Source of the DNA: Parasitella parasitica NRRL 2501
Lineage: Eukaryota > Fungi > Mucoromycota
Length of the DNA: 64,000 nt
Direction of reading: 5' to 3'
Assembly: GCA_025201805.1 (NCBI GenBank)
Contig: MU619389.1
Span: forward strand, 9,487 to 73,486
Below the pieces are notes generated by a model. It made no database searches and had not been told where the DNA came from. It worked only from the letters and a program-made list of their open reading frames with translations. Both the position numbers and the translations under genes were made by a program. Positions 1 to 13,795 of this stretch are shown piece after piece (the stretch's first letter is position 1; every line of letters begins with the position of its first letter).

Positions 1-1308
1 AGGCTTCTTGGGCCTTCTCTCTCTAAATTCTCTAGTTTCTTCACCCTGGTGATGACCCTCAGCGTCATCCTTTTTTTGTCTCTTAGGGTGGGGTTCTCCA
101 GATGCTGCTGAATCGGGAGAAGTATTTGTTGGTGGAGATGAATTGTTAAGGCTCTCTGTCTTTTTCTTTTCGCGCATTAGCCAAGGTTTCGATCTCATAT
201 GAGCCTCTGCACTACCAAATTCGACACGCACTTTGCGTCCATCCAAATTGTGCTTGTCAGGAGCACGAATTGCTTTAGTAGCAGATTCGATGTCGTGGTA
301 ATCGACATAACCAAAGCCTTTGCATTTGCCCGAATCTTCAAATGTAGCAACACGCACTTTGCGGATCTCACCTGCCCACTCAAAATTTTCTCGGATAGAT
401 TTTTCTGTGGTATCAAAGCTGAGATTGCCGAGGAAAAGTGTAGGACAAGGAGGATTCTTTTGCTTCTTAATCTCTCTCTTTTCTGCTTCGGTAGGGGCTT
501 TTGACCCGTCAGCACGTTCATAATTCTCGGCATCCTTGATTAACAGTGAGCGACCCTCTAGTTTTTTTTCTGACATGGAAGCGCCTTTGGCCGCTTCTTC
601 AGGCGTGGAAAAGAAAATGTATGCAAAACTAGAATAGGTCATTGTTAGTTTCTCAATTTTACTGCTCCAGCAACAAAGATTGGGTACCCTTTGTTGTAAT
701 TCTTGGCTCCATTTCCTTTGGGGCATTTGATACGAGTAATTTCGCCACATTCAGTAAAGAATTGTTTGATTGCGGCTAAAGTAGTGCCGTAAGAAAGATT
801 GCCAACCCAAATCCCGTATTCTTTTTCCTTTTCCTTCTTTTCGGCTTTGGCTTTGGTTTTCTTGACAGGCTCAATGACGTTGCCATCAGCATCCAACACT
901 GGTTCTTTAGGTTCCTCGTCTTCCTCCTCGTCTTCATTATCGCTCAGCTCACCCCTCTTTTATAAATTAAATGTAAATGGTCTATTGGATGGCCGTCATT
1001 CAAGCGAGATGCTTTACCTTTCTCTTTTTGTTCAGATCCTTCTTTGACTTTTTCTTTTCTCTGTTCTTTCTGTTGATCTCACGCTGAGCTTGCCTTTCTT
1101 CTTTTGTCATCTCCTTCTTGAGTCTCCTCTTTTCAGCCTTCAGGGCAAGGCGAGTCTTCTCCTCCTCATCTACTTGCATATCTGTGATCTCTTCAAGCAC
1201 ATTGAAAGCGTCGTCTTGTTTTGCTTGTGATTTGATCTCTTTCATTGCAACTGAATCCTCAATACTACTAGGTTTTTCGCTTTGTTCTTTCTTGGTTTTT
1301 GAGCCCAT
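1..1308 (-). CDS. Nucleolar two-RRM RNA-binding protein (Nop13-like); 3' end runs off the window
   Basis: Exons 1308-1018, 956-687 and 628 to beyond 1, joined by GT-AG introns. Basic N-terminus, RRM1 (YGIWVGNLSY...NKGFAYIFF) and RRM2 (PTLFLGNLSF...RVATFEDSGKCKGFGYVDY), typical of Nop13. Confidence 0.8.
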
Positions 1309-1492
1309 AATAATGTCTATTAGTCGAGTAAAGAGGTTGATTCAACAAAAAATTTGACACTTGTGTTTGTTATTGGGATTAGGCATGATCCCAAGTCAAA
1401 ATGGTCACATTGTAATGGTAAATGTGTATTTGAACCTGTCCAGTAAGCCACTGTAAACGAATCAAGTATTCCTCTGCTTTCCGTCAGCACAT

Positions 1493-2410
1493 ATGCCACC
1501 TAAGCCGGATGTACGCCGCTTACTGAAAAAGCAACAGCAAGAACGAAATAAGGTCGCTAAAGTAACACATCCGTTTGCTAAATATGATCCGACAGGACGT
1601 CTTGTATGCGTTGTATGTAACTCGAACGTAAAGTCAGAGGCTCTTTGGCAAGCGCATTTAGGGTCTCAACTACACCGCGATAATATGCAAAAGTTAAAGG
1701 AACTCAAGCAACAGCAATTAAAACGTCGTGCAACTTCACCGCCGCCGCTGGCATCATCATCATCATCTTCTACGCAGCAATCTGAAAACAAACGGATACG
1801 ACTCGAGGACGAACAAGAGGGACAAGACATCGAAATAAGCGATGATGGCGATTCGAGTGACGAACAAGAGGATGAAGAAATGGACCTACCTGCAGACTTC
1901 TTTGACAAACAAGAAGAGGAAGAAGTATCCAAGGAGACAGAGGATACTCCCACTCAAGATGCGCTCCCGTCTGGATTTTTTGATGATCCTGAAGAGGAAG
2001 CACGCGTCCAAGGTACGCTTCCACCTGAAGAACAGGCCAAAGCAGACTTGGCAAGAGATGTCGAAATGTTTAACAAGGCTATGATGGATGTTGCTGAAGA
2101 GTCTATGCAAGCGCAAGAGGAAGATGACGAGACGTTTTGGGAAGAGAGACATTTTGACATTACTAGAGAACAGGTCAAATTCGACTCAAGAGTCGAAAAA
2201 TTAAAACAGTTGAGACAGACTGGCCAGACTACCATGGTGGTTGACGAGGAAGAGGATGTGGATAAGGATGACATTAAAGCAGGTCTTAAAACAAGCATAA
2301 GACAAGTGCTTAAGAGCAAGCCTGCAAAACAAGTGGAAACCTTGTTTGACGATGAAGATGAATCTGACGAGGAAGAATCTGATGATGATTGGCGTGCCCA
2401 GCAACTTTAA
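1493..2410 (+). CDS. ZNF830/CCDC16-like C2H2 zinc-finger, coiled-coil protein
   Basis: Single-exon 305-aa ORF with HPFAKY...CVVC...WQAHLGSQLH finger, LPADFFD and LPSGFFDDP motifs, and C-terminal DDWR. Confidence 0.8.
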   Translation: MPPKPDVRRLLKKQQQERNKVAKVTHPFAKYDPTGRLVCVVCNSNVKSEALWQAHLGSQLHRDNMQKLKELKQQQLKRRATSPPPLASSSSSSTQQSENKRIRLEDEQEGQDIEISDDGDSSDEQEDEEMDLPADFFDKQEEEEVSKETEDTPTQDALPSGFFDDPEEEARVQGTLPPEEQAKADLARDVEMFNKAMMDVAEESMQAQEEDDETFWEERHFDITREQVKFDSRVEKLKQLRQTGQTTMVVDEEEDVDKDDIKAGLKTSIRQVLKSKPAKQVETLFDDEDESDEEESDDDWRAQQL

Positions 2411-2486
2411 GCACCTACCACACCTACAAAATACCAACTTCATTGTACAAATAAATACTAAATTATTCAACGTTTATTTTATTCAA

Positions 2487-4659
2487 TTAAGACATGTTTA
2501 GGGATGATGCACCAGGCGCTTGATTGAGTACCTCATCAAGACTGACATGACGAGATAACTCATTGAATACCTGTGGTTTTACAGTGTGTTAATAGATTGC
2601 TATCAAGGAATGCGGCAAGAAACTTACAGATTCATCCACTGGTATAATCGATTTACGTCTGAAAGATTGGTATTGAGTAGGTGGAACGTTAAATTGTTGC
2701 ATATCTGGATGAATGTCATCTTTATGTTCTCCTGCTTGTTCAGGAACAGCTGCGTCTGGCCCATCTGCAATATCCAGTCCTTCTAGTTCATTATAGCATT
2801 CATCTAAACATATATTTTCAAGGTTAGCATATGAATTGCATCAAATTCTATGACATATACCGCTAGGACTTTCAGATATTGCAAAGTCTGAATTCGTATT
2901 GTATTCTTCTTCATAACCACTGTCCATTTTATACGGAACCTCAGCCGCCTCTTGAGATACGCTCAGTCCTTCTACCTTTTGCTGTAGACGCCTCCAATTG
3001 TCCTCTCTTTCTTTTTGAATTTTGCGCTCCAACTGTCTTTGGTTCTTGTATTCGTTGGCACATTCGTCAAATAAGGCTGCATCAATATCGATGCAAAGCT
3101 TCAAAGCAGTATACACTAGACTAAGGATTGTTCTAATGATAGCGGTTAGTTGCCAGCCTTTCACGATCTTTGGAAAAACGACACTTACTTGTTCCAGTGG
3201 GTTTTGGATGTCTTGTACAAAGTGGGGAATATCAAGGGCATTATCACCCTGATATTTTCAGCCATCAAACTGACAATGTAGTCATTATTCCAATAGTACA
3301 ATGCTCTTTCTGACACTTGAAAGTGGGAACTGGCAACACACTGGCTCAATTTAGTGAAGAGAGGGACCATGATCGTCTGGAATTCAGGCACGTCGACGAT
3401 ATCGAGGATCTCTTCGATTTCGTTCAAAAACATGACCTCCTTTGAACTATTCACTTTTGGCCAGTATCGGAAAAGCCCGGTAACGACCTGTGGCGAAACA
3501 CACACGGACATTAGTCAATGGGATTCGGTACATGACACATTTGCGCGCACACCAACATACCTCAGAGGTTAGACTTCTGTCTTTTTCCAAAAACTGAACC
3601 ACACAGTACGCCAACTGAGGGTGATATAAGGCAAGTGATTTTGCCTTGTGCAGAGGAACTAAAACTCGAGACAAGAACAGCTTGTGCTCTTCCTTCAAGG
3701 GCAGAGCAAAGCCATTAATGATGCTTCCGAGAATTTCCAGAAATTCAGCAACACCATTGTGTCTTTCAGTCTCATAGATGAATTGAAAAAATATATTGTT
3801 GATGGATCGTCGGATGAAAGCGCGAAGGTTTAGAAACTTTCCGTATATTCGGTGCAACGTTGTCTTTAAGTAATCGCGTTCTCTAGGATCTTCCGAGTCA
3901 AAAAGGTCCAATAACTATGAGGCCCCACCCGTTTAGTGAGTGCAAGCAACCACTTAACCAATGTATTGTAAAATGCCTACCTGGTGAATAAACTTGTGGT
4001 CGATATGCTTCTTTGCAAAACTGATGTTGAATTCAGGTGACTCTAGGAACCTCAAAAAGAATTCGTACACGGTTTGTAAATGAGGCCAAGCTAGTTCCAA
4101 AACAGGTTCATCCTCCTCGGGATCGAATGCGTCACCAACAGGGTTAACTTGAGGGGGGATAGGGCGAAACAAATTAATACCAAACTAAGGAGGGGAGGGA
4201 GGGAGAGGGGTAAGTTGTGAATTAATGTGCACATTGCGCATACGCATCATACCATATCGATGATCTCTGGGTAAACATTTTCGGCCAAAACGCCTCTATT
4301 CATGGAGATGTGATCCAGGATTTCTTGTAAAGTTTGACGTTTAATCTCCTTCTCCCGCAGTTCAGCGGAGGCGTCGCTGAAATCAAACACTACTTTGCAC
4401 TGTTTGATCTTTTTGATGAACAGATCAGGATGCATATGGCTGGGGACTTCGCGGAAAGCGGGTGTGGGCTCGAGTTGCACTTTTTCGGTGACATAGAATC
4501 TTGAAGACTTTTGCCTGCGGGGAGCTTTGCTGATTGGGATTTGATCTATGGGGGCGTTCTTTAAACGATGGTGCAAAGGACCTGTCTTGGGAACATCTCT
4601 ATCTCCAGGTTTGACATGAGGATTGTTATGCATGAAAGAAACGTTGTTGTTCAACCGAT

Positions 4660-4700
<41 letters not shown>

Positions 4701-4848
4701 TGTTGTGACTTTAATACAATAAGATTAACTCCTTAATTTCGCTTTTGTCAATTACATTTAAACTTACTAGATCCATCAAACTTGAGGAATCCATTATGAT
4801 ATTGGGCTTTGGTGAGTCTGGAGGCATCGTTGCTGGGTTTTTAATCAT
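2487..4848 (-). CDS. RTS1: Protein phosphatase 2A regulatory B' (B56) subunit
   Basis: Multi-exon. Motifs [56 protein letters not shown] and HFQVSERAL. Stop TAA at 2487-2489; the start codon is uncertain. Confidence 0.92.
4663..4705 (-). repeat. (CAG)n trinucleotide repeat encoding polyQ in the B56 N-terminus
   Basis: ctgctgctg... run on the + strand. Confidence 0.8.
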
Positions 4849-5029
4849 GGCTTCACTAGTCTCTGCAGGCGGTGTATATTCTCAGTTTTAATTGTTCTAG
4901 TAAGCTACAATGCAGAAAAGAGTAAGGAAGGTGAACATTTTGGCGCAAAAAGTCAATAAAAAGGAATCGTCAGAAGGGATAGAGCTTGTTTCCATCTCTT
5001 GGTCATTTACTATATTTTTTTTTGATGGC

Positions 5030-5082
5030 ATATGTGTGTGTATGTGTGTATGTGTGTGTGTATGTGTGTTTGTATGTGTATG
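5030..5082. repeat. Imperfect (GT)n microsatellite
   Basis: atatgtgtgtgtatgtgtgtatgtgtgtgtg... Confidence 0.85.
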
Positions 5083-5462
5083 TCAATTACAGTGATCGCG
5101 TTGTGGGCAAATGCGTGTGGAGTATAAAAAAAACAAGAATGAAAATGCAACTTACATGAGTGATAAATGTCCTGTTTTTTTTTCTCTAAATCATACAAAA
5201 AGAACAGATCCTATATAGCCAACAAGCTGCTTAATCGACAAGATAAGGAAAAGAAAAAGAAAGAAGACGAAGGAAAGAAGAAAGGAAAAAAAAACAAGGA
5301 GAACGCAAATGTGGTACCTCATTTTGTTATTTCAATTGATCCAATCACGTCTACAAAGCTTAAATTGACTGCTTGCTTTTGCTTCATTACTACTTTACTC
5401 CTCAGCAACAAGTGCTGTCTTGCAGGTTTCCTCTTTCGATATTGGTCGCGTCGAGCAGAATC

Positions 5463-6909
5463 ATGTCTAGTAAGCCAGTCAGTGTGTATGCAAATTGGTC
5501 TTTCGCATGCCTTGTGCGCTAATCCTCAGTTTTTAGTTGTTGGTTATTGGAGGTATAGCTCTCGATATTACTGCCACTGTCGGCAAGTCATTGACATCAT
5601 CCATCTTGCATACATCAACTCCTGGTCACGTCAAGCAAAGTTTGGGCGGTGTTGGTCGTAATGTAGCCGAGGCTGCTGGGAGAACAGGTGCCAATGTTAA
5701 ATTGGTATCCGTTGTTGGCGATGATCTCGCTGGTGAATCCGTAAAACAAGGATTAAAATCACTCTCCATGGTAGTATAAATATGCATTAGTTGTCGCACA
5801 TATAATTTGACTTTTATTGTAGAATACAGAATACATTCAGACGCTTTTGAATCAGCCGACAGCTGTATGTAATTACACGAGTAGAGGGAGAAATACCACA
5901 GCTCATGTGTTTTAGGTTTACAATGCGTTACATTCAGAAGACGGACAACTAGTGGCAGCGGTTGCTGATATGAACATTTTCGATCAAATGGACCCGTTGA
6001 AGGTAAACTACCTGATCTTGAGTAGTGGATCTCTTTGATTTTTAGACATCGATGACTAGGTATCCTCGATAATCCAACATGAAACCCCCAATTTTGTCTG
6101 TTTTGATGGCAATATCACATCTCAAATGATGAAAACAATTGCGGCCACATGCCAGGCACTTGCTATCCCTGGTAACGTAGACTCTGCTGTGCCATATATT
6201 GTAGGGTCTGACTAGACTGATAAAACATATATAGCCTTATTTGAACCAACATCTGTGCCGAAATCATTGAAACTCTTTGAATTTGCAGAGACAACGATTG
6301 CACAGGCTGTCAAGTACACTTCGCCGAATCAATTTGAGCTTGAAGCCATGTGTGATGCCATTACAGCCAGCCCCGTCTTGTCCAAAACGCTGCAAAAAGG
6401 GAGCAAAATAACTGACCCTATCCAACTGAAAAGTAAAAGAGCCTTGGAAGCATTACAGTGCTGCAATTTTCTAATCAACATTTACTCGGCACATTTAGAT
6501 GCGCCAAAGCTAGCACATTTGGCCTTGCCAAACGCAATGCTCCTGTCTCAATTTATTCCAAATGTGATCACAAAGCTTGGAGAAGAAGGCTGTTTGTACG
6601 TCGCTAAGGACGCCAGAGTTGAATACTTTGCTCCAGAGTTTATCCAGCGTAATGAAATTGTGAATGTAACAGGTGCTGGCGACTGGTAACGTCGACTTTT
6701 ATAGAAGCATGATTTGCTCAAATTACTCACCGCATATATGGCGTAGCTTTGTCGGTACCTTGATAGCCAATTTGCAGAAACATGCCCATGCAGACATGTC
6801 TAATGATGTACTGAAATCCATCATTCGCAACTCGCAGATGGCATCGATACGAACACTGAAATCAAGTAAAGCAGTTGGCGATAGCATTTCCTCCGACTTG
6901 CTGTTGTAA
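5463..6909 (+). CDS. PfkB/ribokinase-family carbohydrate kinase (pseudouridine-kinase-like)
   Basis: Multi-exon: MSSKP|LLVIGGIALD, GGVGRNVAEA, VGDD.AG, FDGN, FEPTS, SPNQFEL, TKLGEEG, VNVTGAGD|CFVG. Confidence 0.85.
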
Positions 6910-7066
6910 ATAAAATTACCCCGCCCCCCTGACAAGAATACCTATGAAGTTTCCCCATCCATTAAAAGCATTGATGGATTGCAGACGGATAAATGTTTAT
7001 AACTGTGACTGAATTAACCATTTCCCCGGGGTTCACTGTTCATCCTTTGGGGGGAAGGGGCTCTCA

Positions 7067-7074
7067 CTATATAA
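7067..7074 (+). promoter_or_regulatory. Putative TATA box of MDH
   Basis: ctatataa about 70 nt upstream of the ATG at 7141, followed by a pyrimidine-rich leader. Confidence 0.45.
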
Positions 7075-7140
7075 AGAGGGGCAATGGCTGCCAGAACCCC
7101 GCGTTTTCTCTTCTGTTTATCATTTTTTCTTTCCATCAAC

Positions 7141-8230
7141 ATGCTTGCTACTTCTCGTCTCTTCACCTCTGTTGCCGCTAAGCGTGCTTTCTCTACCTCT
7201 GCTGCCAACCTCTCCAAGGTCGCTGTCCTCGGTGCTGCTGGTGGCATTGGCCAACCTTTGTCTTTGCTGCTGAAGGAAAACCCTCATGTCACCCACCTTG
7301 CTCTTTACGACATCGTCAACACTCCTGGCGTCGCCGCTGATATTGGTCACATCAACACCAACTCCAAGGTTACTGGCCATGTTCCCGAACAAGAAGGTTT
7401 GAAGGCTGCCCTTGAAGATGCTCATCTCGTTGTCATCCCTGCTGGTGTCCCCCGTAAGCCTGGAATGACCCGCGATGATTTGTTCAACACCAATGCCTCC
7501 ATTGTTCGTGATCTCGCCACTGCTGCTGCCAAGTAAGTACATTCATATATGACAAATTGGGTTAAAGGTAAATGTAAAAGAGATATTGACTTTGTGTCTA
7601 CATAGGCACTGTCCTAATGCTCATTTCCTCATCATCTCCAACCCTGTCAACTCCACTGTCCCCATCTTTGCTGAGACTTTAAAGAAGGCTGGCGTCTTCA
7701 ACCCCAAGCGTCTCTATGGTGTTACCACCCTTGATGTCGTCCGTGCTTCTCGTTTCGTTGCTGAGGTCAAGAACCTTGACCCCAAGGATGTCAAGGTTAC
7801 TGTTGTTGGTGGTCACTCTGGTGTCACTATCGTCCCTCTCCTCTCTCAAACCGGTCTTAAGTTCACCAAGGAAGAGCTCGATTCTTTGACCCACCGTATC
7901 CAATTCGGTGGCGATGAAGTTGTCCAAGCCAAGAACGGTACTGGTTCTGCCACCCTTTCCATGGCCTATGCTGGTGCTCGCATGGCCAACTCTGTTTTGG
8001 AGGCTACCGTTGCTGGTAAGAAGGGTATTGTTGAGCCCTCTTTCGTCAAGTCTGATGTCTTTGCCAAGGATGGTGTTGAGTATTTCTCTACCAACATTGA
8101 GCTCGGTCCTGAGGGTGTCGAGAAGATCAACGGTCTCGGTGAGATCTCTGATTACGAAAAGGAGCTTATCTCCAAGGCTGTTCCTGAATTGAAGAAGAAC
8201 ATTGTCAAGGGCAACGACTTTGTCCAATAA
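7141..8230 (+). CDS. MDH1: Mitochondrial malate dehydrogenase
   Basis: Presequence MLATSRLF...RAFSTS, then [37 protein letters not shown] and GSATLSMA. Intron 7533-7605. Strong codon bias. Confidence 0.97.
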
Positions 8231-8982
8231 ATTGTTTAGTATATATGTATTCATATAATTACCAGCACCATCTATTTCCCTTAACCCCACCCTCGCCCAC
8301 TCTCAGTAGTGTAATATATATAAAATCCAAAAATTATATTTGATTTTCACATCCTTGTATTAAATAAAATTCTCTAAAAATCATAAACCTTGTTGATTTG
8401 GGCTATTTGTGAATAATATATACAGGTTATACGATATATATCTACTGCATTACACCATTATATTATACGGATGATTGCGGGGTAGATTCAATTAGGATAA
8501 TCTAATCATATTTTACCTTTTTACAACAAAAAACCTTATTCATCTTTTATCTATGGGGGGCACAAATGTGATACAATAGATTATTTTACGTCATATGAAA
8601 ACTCGAAAGAAGATTCTCGTTTAAACCTTGAAAATGCGTATTACTTTCATACAAACATATACTATCTTTATAATTGTTGATTTGCAGCGATCATTTCATG
8701 AATAGTAGTCCATACTTCTTTATCTGTCTTACTTTCCTTTGGTCTTTATAAAAGAAACTAGATTAGATCGACACGTGTCAACAAGTATCTTGGAAACTTA
8801 TGTGTCTTTCATCATCTCGTTTTCAGATGATCCAAATACCAAAGCAAATCTTTGTTTCTAAAGTGTAAATAACTGATCTTGACCAACAAAGTTTGTTTTC
8901 AACAACAAAGTTGCTAAAACGCGGTTTTTTGGTAGAAGCAATGTAGTTTTCCAATTCTATTTATGTTGGTTTACTTTAAGTA

Positions 8983-9458
8983 NNNNNNNNNNNNNNNNNN
9001 NNNNNNNNNNNNNNNNNNNNNNNNNNNNNNNNNNNNNNNNNNNNNNNNNNNNNNNNNNNNNNNNNNNNNNNNNNNNNNNNNNNNNNNNNNNNNNNNNNNN
9101 NNNNNNNNNNNNNNNNNNNNNNNNNNNNNNNNNNNNNNNNNNNNNNNNNNNNNNNNNNNNNNNNNNNNNNNNNNNNNNNNNNNNNNNNNNNNNNNNNNNN
9201 NNNNNNNNNNNNNNNNNNNNNNNNNNNNNNNNNNNNNNNNNNNNNNNNNNNNNNNNNNNNNNNNNNNNNNNNNNNNNNNNNNNNNNNNNNNNNNNNNNNN
9301 NNNNNNNNNNNNNNNNNNNNNNNNNNNNNNNNNNNNNNNNNNNNNNNNNNNNNNNNNNNNNNNNNNNNNNNNNNNNNNNNNNNNNNNNNNNNNNNNNNNN
9401 NNNNNNNNNNNNNNNNNNNNNNNNNNNNNNNNNNNNNNNNNNNNNNNNNNNNNNNNNN
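8983..9458. other. Assembly gap (N run)
   Basis: Run of n. Confidence 1.
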
Positions 9459-10403
9459 TATTTTATTATTTGAATTCCTAACTATACATGAAAAAAAAAA
9501 AAAAAAAAAAAAGTGTGTGAGAAGATATTAATCTTTTCTTTGCATAATCCTGATGAGCATTCGTGCGCCACACCTTCGCACACACACACCTATACAATCA
9601 ACTTACCCTCCTCTGGATGGGAAGTAATGCTCTCCCATTTCCTCATCCAAATGTTGCGTTGGTATATTTAGCAAGGCAGTTAATTTATTGATTTGCTCTT
9701 TCGTTGGTTTGGCCTAGATTTCTTTTGTTTTAATATGTATGCGATATGAAAAATGTTCATTGGCCTTATGGTACCTGTCCATAAAATATACTTGCTGCAT
9801 ACACTTCATCAACGCCTAGTTCCTGTCCAATTTTCTCAAAGCTGTGCGTGTTGCATGAGTAACAAGGCACATCCCTGAGCCTGATTTGTATTTTACCTCA
9901 ACTTTCTAGAAGCTTTCGCTTGAAACATACGAGACTGTACCGAAGAAAGTTTAGGTTCCTGCTGTGCTTGATTAGTATATAATCTATGCGTGGCATCAAC
10001 GCGTCTGTCCTTACACTCATGATGAGATAAATAACTATAAGTGTAGGAAAGATTGGGAAAAATCAAGCGAATAATTCATGGCATGAACATACTTTATAAA
10101 TGTGGAATTATTGGAAAGCCGCCAACCTTTACGTTTGAATAGATGACGTTATGTACAGGCGAAACTTTCAATTATAAATGTAGCAAGCACAAATAAGTAT
10201 GTAACATAATATATACTGAATATGCGACTGTATAACAGACGATCCATAGTTTTATTTTATATACATGTTAAATAGTTTGATTAATTAGGCATGAGAAAGT
10301 AGAAAGGAAAAAGATTGGAGGTTATGCATGTACAGATAACAACCAACTAACATTTATGACTAGTAGAGAGCAGGTCAATTAAGTCGAGTAATTGTGCATC
10401 CAG

Positions 10404-12254
10404 CTACTCTTTGTAAATGCCAGCTTCTTCATCACGCTTAATCTGCTCCTTGTCGACGACGTATTTATCCTTATAAGCCAACACCATACCCTTATTGAAA
10501 ATCTCATCCATTTCTTCCAAGGAGCGGCCTCTTGTTTCAGGTAAAAATACAAATGCAAAAAGACCCATGACAACAGCCATGGAGCCAAAGAAGAAATAGG
10601 TGCCATAAGTAATCTTGGCAATCATGATTGGGGTGACTTTGGCGATTGTTGCGTTCATAGCCCAATTGAAGGCAGTGGTGAGTGAAAGAGCCATAGCGCG
10701 GATACGGGTAGGGTAAATTTCAGAACAGACAACCCAAACGATTGGGCCCCAAGAGAATTCATATCTACATTATCAGAACGTTATAAATCAATGATAGAGG
10801 ACTCATTCCTTTGTTTCTTACCCGACAGCAAAGATATAGATACAAACCATGGCAACATAACCCTTGGCACCTACTTGGGTTCCTGCGGCAGCAGAGATCA
10901 CGCCTTTATTTTCTCTTTCAATGCCTAAAATCATACCACCACAGATATAGAAAGCAACCATCATAATAACCGATCCAATCATCAATGTGCGTCTACGTCC
11001 CAACTTGGTATCAACCATGAAGAAGGAAACAAAGACAAACGCGACTTTGACGACACCTAGATAGCGGAATAGGTAAGTAGTTCACAATATATGTAATTTG
11101 CATGTTCGCTTACCATATACACCAGTTGCAAGAATCTCAGTTTCGTTACTATCAAGGCCAGTTGATTTGAAGATTTCAGGTGCGTAATAGTTCTACAGTA
11201 TATAAAAGTTGAATATCTAATCGCATTGTGTCCCCTTGGTTTACACTTACAATTGCATTAGTGCCAGTCCATTGCTGGAAAATTTGAAGCATGATACCGA
11301 TGAATAGTCTATGCAGATTGTTACGTTGGAACAATTCAGTCCATTTTCCTAACTTGGACTCTCTCTCAAATGCAGCAGCAGCATTGATTTCCTCAAGTTC
11401 TTCAATAATTTCGGGGTGATCTTCAGGAAGATCTCGAAGCTTGAGTAAATTTCTCTTAACATCTTCGTCGCGGCCTTTAAGAGCCAGCCATCTCAAAGAC
11501 TCTGGCAAAAAGGCCATTCCAATGAAAAGGATCCCACCAGGAGCAAGCTGAATGCCAAGAGGAACACGCCATTGAGTATTACTTACTGGAAGGTTGCGCA
11601 AACAAGCATAATCGATCCAGTAAGATATCATAATACCCAATACAATCAAGAATTGCCAGAGTGTACCTAATCGACCTCTCAACTTGCGAGGAGCAATTTC
11701 TGCAATGTACATTGGAACTAACATGGAACAAGCACCGATACCAACTGTCATTTATGAGTTAATATTTTTTGTTGACTCAAATATAGACAGCTTGGAATAC
11801 ATACAACCACCGAAGAAACGACCTGCCATCATCGTAGGAAGGTTTTGAGCAACAACTTGCAAGATTGAACCAATGATAAAGATGAATGAACTGAGGACAA
11901 TAGACCATTTACGCCCATAAGGATCTATGATTACATAAGTTGAATGGTTAAAATTTTCAGGGACACGATAGGGATCCTACCAGCCACAAAATTGATTAAC
12001 AAGGCGCCAGCACAACAACCAGCTTGCAGTATAGAAACAACATCACCCTTCATAGTAGCAATAGTAGCTGCGTCTCCTTGTATGCCAAAATAAGCTGGAA
12101 AAGTCGGCATTGCAAGAACACCAGAAATGACACCTATTTTTGGATCAGTAACGTGAAACGACTATTGATCTCCGGTAATATTACCAATATCATAACCGAA
12201 CAAGAAGCCACCGATGCATGAAATGGTTGTAGCAATGAGTGAAAGATGCTTCAT
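10404..12254 (-). CDS. MFS sugar-porter family transporter
   Basis: Multi-exon. GGFLFGYDIG, DPYGRK, PMYIAEIAPRKLRG, PESLRWL, QQWTG.N, SWGPIVWVVCSEIYP.RIR and PETRGRSLEEMD. Confidence 0.93.
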
Positions 12255-13514
12255 TAGAATTATTTATGCTTTTTATTGTTAGAATAGATCGAATGAAGAA
12301 TTATTTGCACAAGTACTGGAAAAAGGCACAAAAAAAAAGGGGGGGCGAAAGGGAGCCTTCTTTTTATACAATTTCATTTTCTTTTTTTTGGGCTATGCAC
12401 AAGTAGCCCCGCATGAATTGGTAAAAACTTAATATGGATAGCATCGTAGCGCTTATATTGTACAAACAAGTGTCATATGAAGTGCAAGTACAGGCGTATT
12501 TTATTATTTAAATATTCTCCTAAGGCTGTGTGCTCCCTGAAGCCAAAATTCCGAAATGACAGTGCCTCCACACCTTTGACTGTACTTGGTACAGAATTAA
12601 AAATGTGCAAGAACATAAAATAATAATAAAAAAAGAGCATTGTTTAATATGATTACATGTATTTATAGCAAATCTGCATGCCCATATATGGCCAGTAAGT
12701 CTATTGGTACTTGTAACAAATCTCTCAAGTCTGCATCATATTATCCATAGAACAGCGCTGCTCGTTACTATAAGGCTTTCCAACCAAAGACTACTTAGTG
12801 ATACAAGAACATACAATCCAGTGTTTTTTATTCAATATCAAGTGTTCCACAAACAATCATTCTTTGGTTTTCCCACCAAATGTCTTGTGAGAAAACTTGA
12901 AATATTGGTAATTGCAGAAGTTGTCGCAAGTGTATACCAACTAACTGCAATGGGGTGAAAGACAATCATATATGTAAATCTCTTCGTTCTGGAAGAAAAA
13001 AAAAGGTCATATAAAAGCATATATGTATATCAAGTGTCAAGGTTTTTTTTTGTTATGTGTTACTCTGCAGATATTTCGATTTCACTATAAAAACAATAAA
13101 GTTTTCCTGATCCAAACTATCAGATGCCATACATCACGGTTCGTGTGTAAAAGGAAACAAACTGATCTCGTAAATGTGGCATGAGGGCATGTTAAGAACC
13201 AGAAAATTGTCCTTCGGCGAAATACAACCAAAAAAAAAAGGTCCTATAAGTAGACACGCACAAATCGACTGAAAAAGCAACTATTGTCTGTTACGGTGCC
13301 TCCAATGCCAATGAAAACATTTTGCGCTTTTGAACTTCTCAATTGGTGCTTTTGATAGAGCCCAATCTGCGCATTTGACTAGCTCAAGTTGCACTTTTGC
13401 GTTTTTTTGGCAATCTCAAACTAGGGCTCTTTTCTATTTTCTGTCTCACATAGCAAATAATGATCTTTAGATTTTTCACCGAAGACAGGTTCGGTAGCGA
13501 CACTATGAGTTGGG

Positions 13515-13795
13515 ATGAAAAAGACAACAGTCCATACAGAACAGAAAATCTTCACTGAAGCAATGGCGTGCACGTCAGTCGATGTTAGAACCAACTATTA
13601 ATGGTCTGATGAAAGTAGATGTTGTTATGCCAGAATTGGAAACAGCATCTCACGATCAAAAGAAGGAGTTTGTAGAAAAGTGGTCTCAAACAGACATGGA
13701 TTATATGAGAAACTGCATATTTGTCGATGAATCTGCATATGATATATCAATATGAAGCGAACAACAGCAAGATCTACGAAAAGGATTCCGGCCTA
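13515..13795 (+). mobile_element. Degenerate Tc1/mariner (IS630-like) transposase fragment
   Basis: Reads KKTTVH... EFVEKWSQTDMDYMRNCIFVDESAYDI / (frameshift) NMKRTTARSTKRIPA. This matches the region around the first catalytic D of DDE_3 transposases as I recall it for Mucorales. Disrupted by frameshifts and stops. Confidence 0.75.

Noticed and set aside
7120-8290. Long antisense ORFs over MDH
   Set aside because: Shadow frames caused by the strong codon bias of MDH.
8963-9481. 172-aa ORF
   Set aside because: Consists almost entirely of N-gap.
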